Origin: a virus
Length of the DNA: 64,000 nt
Strand: one strand, 5' to 3'
Virus record (IMG/VR): IMGVR_UViG_3300010413_000015
Location: 10,952 to 74,951 of that record
The notes under the pieces are model-generated. The model made no database searches. It was not told the DNA's origin and saw only the letters and a program-made list of their open reading frames with translations. The position numbers were made by a program, and so were the translations under genes. How positions within the stretch are numbered: position 1 is the first letter of the stretch; the number at the start of each line of letters is the position of its first letter. Of the stretch, positions 54,721 to 63,774 are shown one piece after another.

Positions 54721-54749
54721 TTGACATACGTTCGCGTTTGTGGTAATCT
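54721..54749 (+). promoter_or_regulatory. Divergent promoter for the right-hand operon
   Basis: TTGACA-17 bp-TAATCT with GTGG; TTGAC-ATAC-GTTCG. Confidence 0.8.
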
Positions 54750-54785
54750 AACCTTGCCCCCGGTGGCAAACACTTAGGAGGAACA

Positions 54786-55154
54786 ATGTACGACGATAAG
54801 TTGCTGAGACGATTGGCGTTGTTGGAGAATATGTCTGTGGCCCGTCGGCTGGTGGAGCAGGTCCCTAGGCACGAGAAAGACCCGTTTGCATGGGCCGCCC
54901 TGAGGCTTCTACAGCGCTTTCTTACCGTTGCAGCTTTGGCTGTGTGGGAGGGGTCTGAGGCCATGTTTTTCTACAGGCGACCCGGGGACCAGGTCATGGT
55001 GCTCCGGAGTGAGCCCCTTTCCACATTGCCCGGTGGGTACATCCTCTCTCGTGAGAAGCGACATCTGGATGACTGGTGTCTCGACTCCATTTTCCATCTC
55101 ATCGACGAGGGGGCAATTCCCTTCGAGAAGGAGGACTTTGCATGGATGGTGTGA
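54786..55154 (+). CDS. Hypothetical protein
   Basis: AGGAGG RBS. Confidence 0.6.
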   Translation: MYDDKLLRRLALLENMSVARRLVEQVPRHEKDPFAWAALRLLQRFLTVAALAVWEGSEAMFFYRRPGDQVMVLRSEPLSTLPGGYILSREKRHLDDWCLDSIFHLIDEGAIPFEKEDFAWMV

Positions 55155-55575
55155 CTATTACCTACTACGCGATGCCAACGCATTTGGTGTTGCACATCGA
55201 GGAGTATGACATTCAGCCAGGGCATTCCTCGAAGGACTACGAGCTGGTCATGCACATCGCCCACGATAGTCCAGAGAGCGATGTCGTGAGACAGGTGGCC
55301 ATTGAGATCCGGACCCTAGTCGGACTAAGAAACACGGAGGGGTGCACGGTGCGCCCCTTCCTGTCAAATACTGCAGGCTGGGTGTATGAGGAGCGACGAT
55401 GTGCGACCTAAAGGGTATTGGGCTAGTGGACATGTGCCCTGACGGGCTAGAGCTGTTGGAGCACGTAATCAGATTGCGAAAAGAGCTTGACGGCTTAGAC
55501 CGCATGGACCCGAGGTGGGTGCTTTATGAGCAAGCCCTCGAGGAGTATAACAATCATCTCAAGGAGAAGTGAGTC

Positions 55576-55791
55576 ATGAACGTGAAACCGTTCGAGTTTC
55601 TTTCCCGCCTTCATATTCTGTGGAGCCGGGACCGGAAGACTGCACGTCCTTATGGCAGTGGCAAGCACCGGGGTGGTAGCCAGCCGCCCAAGAATCACCA
55701 CTTGCATCTGCAGAGGAAACGGAAGGCCCAGCGACAGGCACGGATGGCTGCGTACCGCCAGGCCCGAGGCCTGAAACACAGGAGGGTGTGA
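55576..55791 (+). CDS. Small very basic protein
   Basis: Arg/Lys/His-rich, 71 aa. Confidence 0.5.
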   Translation: MNVKPFEFLSRLHILWSRDRKTARPYGSGKHRGGSQPPKNHHLHLQRKRKAQRQARMAAYRQARGLKHRRV

Positions 55792-55973
55792 TGAGGCTTG
55801 CGCTTATTCTTCTTCTCGTACTTGTCCTTGTTCTTTGTTCCTGTGAGGAAGCATGTGAAGGGCAAGACCCCTCCTGTCAGAAGGCCGTGGAGCTCATCCA
55901 GTCTGCACCGGACTGGAATGCGACACCAGTTCCTATGGACCAGGTCTTGGAGGACCTGGAGTCTGGGCAGTAA
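55788..55973 (+). CDS. Small putative lipoprotein
   Basis: MRLALILLLVLVLVLCSC signal / lipobox-like sequence. Confidence 0.55.
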   Translation: MMRLALILLLVLVLVLCSCEEACEGQDPSCQKAVELIQSAPDWNATPVPMDQVLEDLESGQ

Positions 55974-56019
55974 GGGTTACGGTGGGCAAGATGCTTGCCC
56001 ACCAAGGCCCTTATTTTTT
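55972..56019 (+). terminator. Intrinsic terminator
   Basis: GGTGGGCAAG-ATG-CTTGCCCACC in an extended stem, followed by ATTTTTT. Confidence 0.65.
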
Positions 56020-56071
56020 GTGGAATTGCCTATCGGCTTAGACAACGCCATTGACTAAAAAGGGAGGCACC

Positions 56072-56464
56072 ATGGAACTAGAAGAAGCCAGAAGGGTGAG
56101 TGAGGCATGGAATGAGACTGTGGGCTACTTTGCTCGCATAGGGGAGATCCCTAAAGGCATCAGCCTATCATCGGTTGTGGTTAAGGGAATCCCCAGCCTG
56201 TATGTGTCCAGCCTGGACACATTCTTTGAGCTGCTTGACGGGCAGGTAACGGGCGCATCTCTAGAGGATGATGACTTCGTGAAGCTGGAGGGAGTCACTG
56301 CGTTTGGGGCCCGGGTGTGGTACATGAGGAGCGTGGGGAGCCACATAAACAAGCTAGAAGGGCGTCGGGCAATGGCCGTTCTCACGCTATTCCAGGCAGG
56401 GATTGCAGTAAGAACAGCACCCCCAATGGAGGAGGATGATGTGCCCGTACTGCAGGATGCGTAA
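56072..56464 (+). CDS. Hypothetical protein
   Basis: GGGAGG RBS. Confidence 0.55.
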   Translation: MELEEARRVSEAWNETVGYFARIGEIPKGISLSSVVVKGIPSLYVSSLDTFFELLDGQVTGASLEDDDFVKLEGVTAFGARVWYMRSVGSHINKLEGRRAMAVLTLFQAGIAVRTAPPMEEDDVPVLQDA

Positions 56465-56557
56465 GGTGGACAATGAGACGTGGGACCACTGCAAGCTGTG
56501 TCACGCCATCATTGTGCTCCTTGTCTACCTCAACGAGAAGCCGAAGATGAGGGTGCT

Positions 56558-56851
56558 ATGAGAAGCAACAGTTGGTATCTGAAGTACAAAGGGCAAAGAT
56601 GTCCAAGTTGCGGACAGCGCAACATTACCCCAGGCGAGATCCAGTCAGATGGCCTGAATGCCTGGTGTGAGGTTTGTTGTAACGATTGTCAGTCCTCATG
56701 GCAGGATGTCTACAAACTTACAGAATTTACTCACTTTGAGCAGGGGCCTGTCTGTGAGCACTCTGTAGACCGCAGCGAGCGAGCGTGTCCTGAGTGCGAG
56801 CGTTGGGAGGCCGCCGACCATTTCTTTGACTTAGAGAGGGATGAAAGATGA
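56558..56851 (+). CDS. Zinc-ribbon protein
   Basis: CPSCG...CNDC...CPEC. Confidence 0.55.
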   Translation: MRSNSWYLKYKGQRCPSCGQRNITPGEIQSDGLNAWCEVCCNDCQSSWQDVYKLTEFTHFEQGPVCEHSVDRSERACPECERWEAADHFFDLERDER

Positions 56852-57222
56852 GCGACGAAACAAGGACAGAAGAGGCAAATCCGTTTATCATGACGGAAGA
56901 ACTCAAGCAGGAGCTGGCCCTGGAAATCATGAAGAAGACCCGGGCCCAACTCATCGAGAGCCAGGTAGACCGGAACATGTACCGCATGAACCGGATTATG
57001 GACGAGAAGATGGAAAAGGTCATCGGGGATTTCCTGGCGACCGAGGTAGTTCCCATCTGGAAGCAATGGCTTGAAGAGAACCGTGATGCCATTGTCACGG
57101 CTGGCATACAGGGAGTCCAGGGGATTGTAGAACTCCTTGTCACGGCCATGATCTCCGCTGCCCGTGAGAACCTGAATAAGTCGTGGGAGCGAGAGAAAAT
57201 CCTCAAGGCGCTGTTTGCGTGA
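56848..57222 (+). CDS. Helical hypothetical protein
   Basis: Coupled ORF in operon. Confidence 0.55.
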   Translation: MSDETRTEEANPFIMTEELKQELALEIMKKTRAQLIESQVDRNMYRMNRIMDEKMEKVIGDFLATEVVPIWKQWLEENRDAIVTAGIQGVQGIVELLVTAMISAARENLNKSWEREKILKALFA

Positions 57223-57321
57223 GGCCGGCAGCGTGCAAGGTCTGTGGCTCTCCGCGCCTCCAGGACATCGATGGCATTTGGTGTTGCTGGAAGTGTGGAG
57301 AGCACAACGGAAAGGTAGACA

Positions 57322-57681
57322 ATGAAGAGGCTGTACTTGACAGACGGAGCGAAGGTGTTCATGTGGACAGAGAAGCACAGGCTGCTCTTGGTGGCGAGTG
57401 CCCTGACGGTGACAGTGGCTGACCGGATAACAGCTTGTCTCAATGCCTGTGAAAACTTTCCGACGGAAAATCTGGAGGGCCTGGAAACCGGTGGGCTTCA
57501 CGAGCTGCTGCTGGCGGCACTGGAATGTGTGGAGGCAGACGAGGAGGCCAGGGCCGAGTCGTGGCCAGAGGAGGTTGCTGCCGGAGAGATGGTCCTTGAC
57601 CTAGCCGAGAGTATCCGCGATGCGTTAGGCATTGCCCAACCCGAGGAGTTTGAGCTATGCGAGCAAGAGACATTACGGTAG
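57322..57681 (+). CDS. Hypothetical protein
   Basis: DRITACLNACENFPTENL resembles a recurring phage motif (RIVACVNACEG). Confidence 0.55.
   Translation: MKRLYLTDGAKVFMWTEKHRLLLVASALTVTVADRITACLNACENFPTENLEGLETGGLHELLLAALECVEADEEARAESWPEEVAAGEMVLDLAESIRDALGIAQPEEFELCEQETLR
57457..57469. repeat. 13-bp quasi-palindrome, copy 11
   Basis: TTTCCGACGGAAA. Confidence 0.95.
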
Positions 57682-58091
57682 GCAAGGATTACGCTTACCG
57701 GCGAGGACGGTATTCCCGTACCTTTCGCGCTACCATTCTGGAGAAAAGTGTTCCCTGGTCCGATGGATACAGAGGGTGGCATAGGGTGCGCTTACACCGA
57801 AGCAGCGGTACACAAGAGCGGTTTGTGAGGTCCCAGGAGCTTTACGCAACGTGGGACGAATACGAGGTAATCCAGGCAGAGCAGGAGAAGAAGCGCACGG
57901 AGTATCAAGCCAAGTATGTAAGGCTGGAGAATCTTCGTGAAGAAGTTGAGGCAGAGTTTGAGCGAGTGGGTGTAGCCCACCAAGAAGGCTATTCTTCACA
58001 AGTCTTGTCAGGGATTATCGCGCTCTATCTATCGGAGGAAGGGGTCCGCCTCTTGCTCACACTGCTAAAGGAGGTGCCTAGTGCATCCTGA
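57657..58091 (+). CDS. Hypothetical protein (SH3-like N-terminus plus coiled coil)
   Basis: MRARDITVGKDYAY; GAGGAG RBS. Confidence 0.55.
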   Translation: MRARDITVGKDYAYRRGRYSRTFRATILEKSVPWSDGYRGWHRVRLHRSSGTQERFVRSQELYATWDEYEVIQAEQEKKRTEYQAKYVRLENLREEVEAEFERVGVAHQEGYSSQVLSGIIALYLSEEGVRLLLTLLKEVPSAS

Positions 58092-59007
58092 CATTGAGAT
58101 TATCCGCAGTGGGGACACGGCAATGTTCAAGCTACGGAACCAGTCGTCCAGGGAAGGAAACTGGTGCTACAACATGGAGCCGCTTGTGCCTTACTCCAAC
58201 CAGGTGTATCAGGCCAAGCTGCCCCTTACCCTGGACCTAGTAAGGACCGTGCCTATCTTGACCAAGGCCGTTCCAAAGGTCGAGGGGTGGCCCGAGCTCT
58301 CTGCGAAGGAGTACGACAAGCAAGAAGCTCTTCTTTGCAGGCCTAGGGACCGTGATGGAAAGTGGCCTGACCTTGACACAGAATTTGCGTACCGCAGATT
58401 CCACGAAGTCTATGTCTGCATCGAGAAGTATCACCATGAGGTGGTGATGTCCGTCACCTACACCAAAGACACGGTCCAAGAGGTGGGGGTGGAGCAGCCG
58501 TACATCAAGCCGTTCCATCAGGTAGGAGAGGACCTATTCAAGCCCTGGGGAGAGTACGACCGGTACGGATACTGGCAAGAGGTTATTCACCAGATAGCCG
58601 AGGAGTACGTGTTTGTCCTTTCTGGTGCGTGGACAAGGTTGCCCCACGAGTATCGTGTGAGTGCCTTGGACAGCTCGAAAAGGATATCGCTGTATGTAGG
58701 CAATGAAGAACTTCTTGCCAATGAAGTTCTTCGCCCGGTTAAGGATGCCATGGATGAGCTAGAAAAGCTAAAGGAGGCAGACCTGAGAAAGATTCGCCGT
58801 CTCTTTCAGGGATATGTTGGCCGGCAGGCTGCGGTGCCCTCCATACAGGATGTCCTTAGGAAGCTGAAACACCTTAGCACCATGCTCAAGGATATCAAGG
58901 TGTATGCCAAGGATGCTACTAGCTATAGGGCAGCACAGTCGTACCTGGCAACGTACATAGCAGAGCTGCAGAATAGGGCCGAGAGAGGGGCCGGGAAGGA
59001 GGAATGA
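58081..59007 (+). CDS. Hypothetical protein
   Basis: 308 aa, AAGGAGG RBS. Confidence 0.6.
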   Translation: MHPDIEIIRSGDTAMFKLRNQSSREGNWCYNMEPLVPYSNQVYQAKLPLTLDLVRTVPILTKAVPKVEGWPELSAKEYDKQEALLCRPRDRDGKWPDLDTEFAYRRFHEVYVCIEKYHHEVVMSVTYTKDTVQEVGVEQPYIKPFHQVGEDLFKPWGEYDRYGYWQEVIHQIAEEYVFVLSGAWTRLPHEYRVSALDSSKRISLYVGNEELLANEVLRPVKDAMDELEKLKEADLRKIRRLFQGYVGRQAAVPSIQDVLRKLKHLSTMLKDIKVYAKDATSYRAAQSYLATYIAELQNRAERGAGKEE

Positions 59008-60026
59008 TGTCTGCCGTTTCGGAAGAACATCTGAAGAAGATTCTAGAAGACCATCTATTGTGGATTCGGAGGGAACAAGCCGGCAAGCAGGCCGACCTGC
59101 ACGGTGCTGACCTGGGGGGGGCCCACTTGCAGGGGGCCGACCTGAGAGGGGCCATCCTGCGCGAGGCCAACCTGCGGAGCGCAGACCTGCTCGCTGCCGA
59201 CCTGCGCGGGGTCATCATGTCGGGGGCCGACCTGGGCAAAGCCAACCTGTGCGGTGCCAACTTGCGTGGGGTCGAGCTGCTCCACGCTAACCTAAGCAGG
59301 GCCGACCTGCTTAGGGTAGACCTGCGTGGGGCCAGACTGCGTGAGGCCGACCTGCGCAGTGCCGACCTGAGCGGGGCTGACCTAGGCAAGGCCGACCTGA
59401 GCGGAGCCAAGCTGTGCTCAGCCCACCTGAGTAGCACCAACCTGGTTGGCGCCAATCTGGATAGAGCGTGCCTATGTAAAGCATACCTGTCCAACGCAGA
59501 CTTGCATGGCGCGAGTTTGCGAGAGGTGAACTTCTTCAGGGCCACCCTGGTTAGAGCCAACTTGAAGGGGGCATATCTGCAGGGTGCGAACCTGAGCGGG
59601 ACGAATCTTATGGGAGCCCAGTTAGAGGAGGAGGCCGGATTATGTTGGTACGCCACCTCCATGGACGGAAAACTACTCGAGCTGCAAAGAACGTTCTGCA
59701 GGCAATGCCCACCCAACCGGTATGGTGGGCGCATTGTTTTCAGGACACTCACAAGCTCGAACATAGTTCCTCGCACCAGGTACATGCCAGGGTACACTTA
59801 CACGGCTCCCAACTTGAGCTTTGATTCTGCAACATCCTGTCATCCCGGCATCTACGCAGCCAGCCTTGAGTGGATGCTTTACCGGTATCCGGGTGTCCCA
59901 TTGGTTGTCTGCTACGTCAGGGACGGTGAGTGGGTTATCACGCGCAAGGGCGCAATTCGGTGCAAGAAGTTGCGTGTTCTGAAACTCTACTCTGGGGAGG
60001 GAATGGATGGCGGGATGGTGGGTTGA
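59004..60026 (+). CDS. Pentapeptide-repeat protein
   Basis: Long A(D/N)Lxx repeat tract plus C-terminal CHPGIY domain. Confidence 0.9.
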   Translation: MMSAVSEEHLKKILEDHLLWIRREQAGKQADLHGADLGGAHLQGADLRGAILREANLRSADLLAADLRGVIMSGADLGKANLCGANLRGVELLHANLSRADLLRVDLRGARLREADLRSADLSGADLGKADLSGAKLCSAHLSSTNLVGANLDRACLCKAYLSNADLHGASLREVNFFRATLVRANLKGAYLQGANLSGTNLMGAQLEEEAGLCWYATSMDGKLLELQRTFCRQCPPNRYGGRIVFRTLTSSNIVPRTRYMPGYTYTAPNLSFDSATSCHPGIYAASLEWMLYRYPGVPLVVCYVRDGEWVITRKGAIRCKKLRVLKLYSGEGMDGGMVG

Positions 60027-60193
60027 TGGCCAAGGAGACTGCCTGGAAGCAGCGACTGAGAAACTGTCACGGAGACTCCAGTTTGAACAGGGGGAAGTGG
60101 GGGACTCCTACGACATTCAGTGGGAGTCCCTGAGGCTTGAGGTGCAGCGCAATGACTCTGGCGACCGTATGTTTATCCTGAGGGTGCGAGTTC

Positions 60194-60430
60194 ATGCGTA
60201 GAATTGCGGGTTTCCTTGCGGGTTTGTTTGACCCAGACTGGCGGGACCATGAGCGCAGGGATAGGTCCCTGCGCCTAACCCGCCACTTGAATCGGATGCG
60301 GAGGGCGTGGAATCTTCCAGTAAGCATTCCCCCCTCCCTTATCCCCCTTGTCTCACCGGCCATGCAGGCCAGGTGGGAACGAAAGATAAGGAGGTTTCTT
60401 GAGCGTGGAAGTAGAGATACGGTTTTCTAA
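60194..60430 (+). CDS. Small basic protein
   Basis: Arg-rich, 78 aa. Confidence 0.4.
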   Translation: MRRIAGFLAGLFDPDWRDHERRDRSLRLTRHLNRMRRAWNLPVSIPPSLIPLVSPAMQARWERKIRRFLERGSRDTVF

Positions 60431-61190
60431 GGCAAAAATCACAAAGGCCATTCCTAAGAGGGATAACAGCCGGCCGACACTGCACTATGTGCACCTGAAC
60501 CCCAAGACGCGCACATTGGAAGCGGTTGACGGGATGATGCTGATTAGCCTACCGGTGGTTTCCGAAACAGAGGCGCTCCCCGATTGCTTGATACCCTGGG
60601 AGGCAGTGGAAGAGGCCCAGATACTGTCAAGCGTTATGCTACCTATCCTGTTTCTTGACACAGAGGCCAAGACCATCCGCACTTTGGAGGGCACGGTCTA
60701 CCATTGGGGAGAGGGAAAGTATCCAGATACAAGCCGGGTTATCCCCAAGCGGGAGAACCTGAGCCATCTTGCATCCCTAGACGTGAACCGGCTCAGGGAC
60801 TGCGCTCTGGGTATCACTACACATCGCAGCAAGTGCATTAGCCTCTACCAGGACCCTACATCTGGAGGCAGGACGCCCTTTGTCATTGACGCCGAGTTCT
60901 TAGGAAGCACCGATGGAAAGACTGCCTTTGCGATTCTTATGCCCACGCGCCCTCTTTCGCAGGAACGCACCAGCTTGCAATCGCTGCTTGCAGACGACTT
61001 TACGGTGACTTTCAGGTCGCAGCCTGAATACCTCGGTGGCAGCAACAAGGTCATTCGCACCGACATCATTTGTACCCTGTCCCTTTGCGACCTGGAGGTC
61101 CTGGCGATAGGGGAAACCCCCATGGCAGCCCTAGAGAACGCAGTGAAGATGTTGGATGTGGTGAGGGCAGAGGACGAGACGCATGAATAG
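60399..61190 (+). CDS. Beta sliding-clamp-like protein (partial)
   Basis: RPTLHYVHL..LEAVDGMML and GKYPDTSRVIP echo DnaN motifs (ATDGHRL, GxYPDYxRVIP). Confidence 0.6.
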   Translation: MSVEVEIRFSKAKITKAIPKRDNSRPTLHYVHLNPKTRTLEAVDGMMLISLPVVSETEALPDCLIPWEAVEEAQILSSVMLPILFLDTEAKTIRTLEGTVYHWGEGKYPDTSRVIPKRENLSHLASLDVNRLRDCALGITTHRSKCISLYQDPTSGGRTPFVIDAEFLGSTDGKTAFAILMPTRPLSQERTSLQSLLADDFTVTFRSQPEYLGGSNKVIRTDIICTLSLCDLEVLAIGETPMAALENAVKMLDVVRAEDETHE

Positions 61191-61479
61191 GCAGCACATC
61201 ATTCGGTGGCTAGGCGGGGGCTTGAAGCACATGGGCTTTTGCTTGGTCCCAGACCCCAATAACGAACCTGATTACATCCTGGAGGGGGAGGAGGCGTCTG
61301 TGTGGATTACCACCGGCCCCCTCCAGGTGTATGTGTACATGCACGAGCACGGAGTGACCGTTGAGCTGTCTCCAGTTGGATACGCGGATGACCCACTAGC
61401 AAGTACCTCCCTCCACTATGATGAGGCGGAGGAATGGAAGGGGGAAAGGGAAAAGAAATATGAAACTGACAAGGAATGA
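61183..61479 (+). CDS. Hypothetical protein
   Basis: Coupled ORF. Confidence 0.5.
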   Translation: MNRQHIIRWLGGGLKHMGFCLVPDPNNEPDYILEGEEASVWITTGPLQVYVYMHEHGVTVELSPVGYADDPLASTSLHYDEAEEWKGEREKKYETDKE

Positions 61480-61807
61480 GGCGGCATCGTGGAACCGGCG
61501 ACAAGGAGAACACGACATATGGAATCTGTCCTCTGGGGTCGCAACACTGTTTCGGATCACGGTGCGGAAGTGGAAGTTCCGCAAGCTTAGTGGGAAGGGA
61601 TACCAGTACACTGCCAGGGACCGCGCAGTGGGCCTTGCTGCCCATTGGCCCTACTTTCTGACATCTGTCTCCATGGGCCCTAACATGGCAGTGCACCATC
61701 TGCAAAAGGCAGGTGTGGCGCCCGAGGACCTGGATGCCTTCAGAGCCTCCCTTGAGGATGCGGGTTGGCATATACGGGAAGCAGTTTCCGACGGAAATGC
61801 AAGTTGA
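61460..61807 (+). CDS. Hypothetical protein
   Basis: Coupled ORF. Confidence 0.5.
   Translation: MKLTRNEAASWNRRQGEHDIWNLSSGVATLFRITVRKWKFRKLSGKGYQYTARDRAVGLAAHWPYFLTSVSMGPNMAVHHLQKAGVAPEDLDAFRASLEDAGWHIREAVSDGNAS
61785..61797. repeat. 13-bp quasi-palindrome, copy 12
   Basis: TTTCCGACGGAAA. Confidence 0.95.
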
Positions 61808-61943
61808 GCCTGGCGGGACGTTATTAGAAAAGGGCCCATTTGTTACTGTTTTTTTGGCGCATCCCATCTGGGAATTTGAGCAGAACCCCAAAATTTTTTG
61901 GGGGATTTGCACAGAAAGGAAAAGTGAAGGGGGAGGACACAAC

Positions 61944-62279
61944 ATGGTCACGAGCGCGAGTGACGTGATGGACGACGTCACAGACATGCTCATTGGCGCG
62001 GGGTTTCCCTATGATGATGAGGAGTGGGACCTAGACGATATCCTACAGGCCCTGCGCATTTGCAGGCTGAAGCCGCTGCAGGACCCGAAGACGTGGCATT
62101 ACAGGGACTCCCGCTTTGCCTGTGTGCGAGAGTGGGACGACAACGAGGATGACCCTGGCTGGCAATGCCTCAATGACCACACGGCATGTATGTGGAACAA
62201 TGGGCACAACACGTGCGGACACCCGGGCGTTTCCCTCTTTCCATTACTGGCAAAGGGGCCCGGACGACTGGAGGAATGA
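61944..62279 (+). CDS. Hypothetical Cys-containing protein
   Basis: GGGAGG RBS before ATG 61944. Confidence 0.55.
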   Translation: MVTSASDVMDDVTDMLIGAGFPYDDEEWDLDDILQALRICRLKPLQDPKTWHYRDSRFACVREWDDNEDDPGWQCLNDHTACMWNNGHNTCGHPGVSLFPLLAKGPGRLEE

Positions 62280-62282
62280 CCA

Positions 62283-62585
62283 ATGAGTAATTTCTCTGTG
62301 TACAAGGCAGCCTTGCCCATGGTGCCCAAGGGGGCCATAGCCTTTATGGATGGGGCGGATTGTCCTATTCTGTGGACCTACAATGAGCACGCCAGGCTGA
62401 CCGCCGAACATGCAGGCCTGGAGTTACTGGATGAGGGCCCAGAGCATCCCTTTGAGTGTAGCGTAGTGCTCAGAAGGGAGGAGGCGACAGGGGTTTTCGC
62501 CAAGCTTATCCAGGCCGGATTCAAGGTAGCTCTCATTAGCTTCAATGCGCAGCTTGGTCTCGAGGTGGAGGAGGATGGAGATTGA
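62283..62585 (+). CDS. Stand-alone MutS domain-I-like protein
   Basis: PKGAIAF..G...YNEHARLTAEHAGLEL...FAKLIQAGFKVALI mirrors the MutS-I pattern. Confidence 0.5.
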   Translation: MSNFSVYKAALPMVPKGAIAFMDGADCPILWTYNEHARLTAEHAGLELLDEGPEHPFECSVVLRREEATGVFAKLIQAGFKVALISFNAQLGLEVEEDGD

Positions 62586-62777
62586 GTTTGGATTCTGGCT
62601 TGCTATTGCAATGATCTCCATGTGTGTGCTCGCTGCAATAGCCCAAAAAGTGAGTAAGCAATAAGGTCAGGTGCCGGCTTTGGTGGAGTAGCCTATCGGC
62701 TCAGGCTTGGCCTTGTGACTGCCAAGGGAGGGTGCAGGGATTGTCCTGCACCCTATTTCTATTTCAAGGAGGGAACC

Positions 62778-63356
62778 ATGTCTTTAGAGAATCTTGTTGG
62801 GGTGTATGCGGAAGCCACGCCCCAAGAGATGCAAGAAGGCATGGCGTGGTATGACCAGGCCCATGAGATTGTCAGGGACCTGGCCACCAAGCACGACATG
62901 CCTATTGAGGTTGTGGCTGGCGCCATGGCCGCATTGAGCCCTCGTGTCCGCTGGAGCAGTAACATTAAGGACACGAAAGCATTGCTGGATGCCTGGGCAA
63001 AAGGGGAGACAGACGTCCCCCTTACGGCATTCAGGAGGAACCAAGAAAAGGCAGTTGCCATTATTGAGGGGCAATCCACAGAGCCCCTGTCCGGCGACAA
63101 GGTCTGCTCATTTGCGAAGTGCATTGCAGACCCAGGCCACCCAGACGAGGTGGTGATTGACACACATGCGTATAACGCATGGGCCGGAGACCGTGTTATC
63201 TGTGGAGGGAAAGGCCCAAGAGTAGCTGGCAAGCGATACAAGGCAGTAGCAGAGGATTATCGCCTTCTCGCCAAAATCATGGGCACGTCACCCTCCCAGG
63301 CACAGGCCGTTGTCTGGCTGACCTGGAAGCGGATGATCGGAGAAGAGAGACCATGA
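62778..63356 (+). CDS. Conserved phage protein, HhH-GPD glycosylase-like
   Basis: GMAWY..AH, AALSP...W..N, KVCSF, VIDTHA, QAQAVVW. Confidence 0.55.
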   Translation: MSLENLVGVYAEATPQEMQEGMAWYDQAHEIVRDLATKHDMPIEVVAGAMAALSPRVRWSSNIKDTKALLDAWAKGETDVPLTAFRRNQEKAVAIIEGQSTEPLSGDKVCSFAKCIADPGHPDEVVIDTHAYNAWAGDRVICGGKGPRVAGKRYKAVAEDYRLLAKIMGTSPSQAQAVVWLTWKRMIGEERP

Positions 63357-63367
63357 GAGGAGGAACC

Positions 63368-63727
63368 ATGCCGTATCAAGTAACAATGCTCAACCAGGCT
63401 GGTGCAGAGCAGGCGACCCTGGTATTTGATGACCTTGGGAATCTGATTGGCCAATTTCCAGAGCCCAGGGAGGATGTCCAGAGGTACTACGCCTACGAGG
63501 TAAGTGGTCCCGGGTCCAGGCTTATCACTAGAACTAAGCATGGCCTGCAGCATTTGAGGGACAAGGGAAAGTCTGCGATCATCCTTGGTGTAGGCCCAAC
63601 CCATCGAGGCCTGGAGAGTGCCGGCTTTGAGTGGGGAGAGACAGAGGACGGAGCTGCTTGGTTCTCCGAGGACAGAAGCAGTATCGAGAAGATGAAGCAG
63701 GCAGGAATGCCCTTCATTGTGCAGTAA
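63368..63727 (+). CDS. Hypothetical protein
   Basis: AGGAGG RBS. Confidence 0.55.
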   Translation: MPYQVTMLNQAGAEQATLVFDDLGNLIGQFPEPREDVQRYYAYEVSGPGSRLITRTKHGLQHLRDKGKSAIILGVGPTHRGLESAGFEWGETEDGAAWFSEDRSSIEKMKQAGMPFIVQ

Positions 63728-63732
63728 CAGAC

Positions 63733-63770
63733 TTGACGTTTGTTCGTGACTGTGGTAAGATTACCACAGT
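63733..63770 (+). promoter_or_regulatory. sigma70-type promoter with an operator-like inverted repeat over the -10
   Basis: TTGACG-17 bp-TAAGAT; ACTGTGGTAA-GA-TTACCACAGT at 63749-63770; TTGAC-GTTT-GTTCG. Confidence 0.75.
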
Positions 63771-63774
63771 TCAT

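Noticed and set aside
54632-54964. N-terminal extension of the XRE ORF given in the track
   Set aside because: It runs through the divergent promoters and the opposite-strand gene; the RBS supports a start at 54631.
2672-61797. 13-bp repeat as a CRISPR array or IS ends
   Set aside because: Copies are kilobases apart, sit inside intact genes and have no spacers, cas genes, transposase or target duplications.
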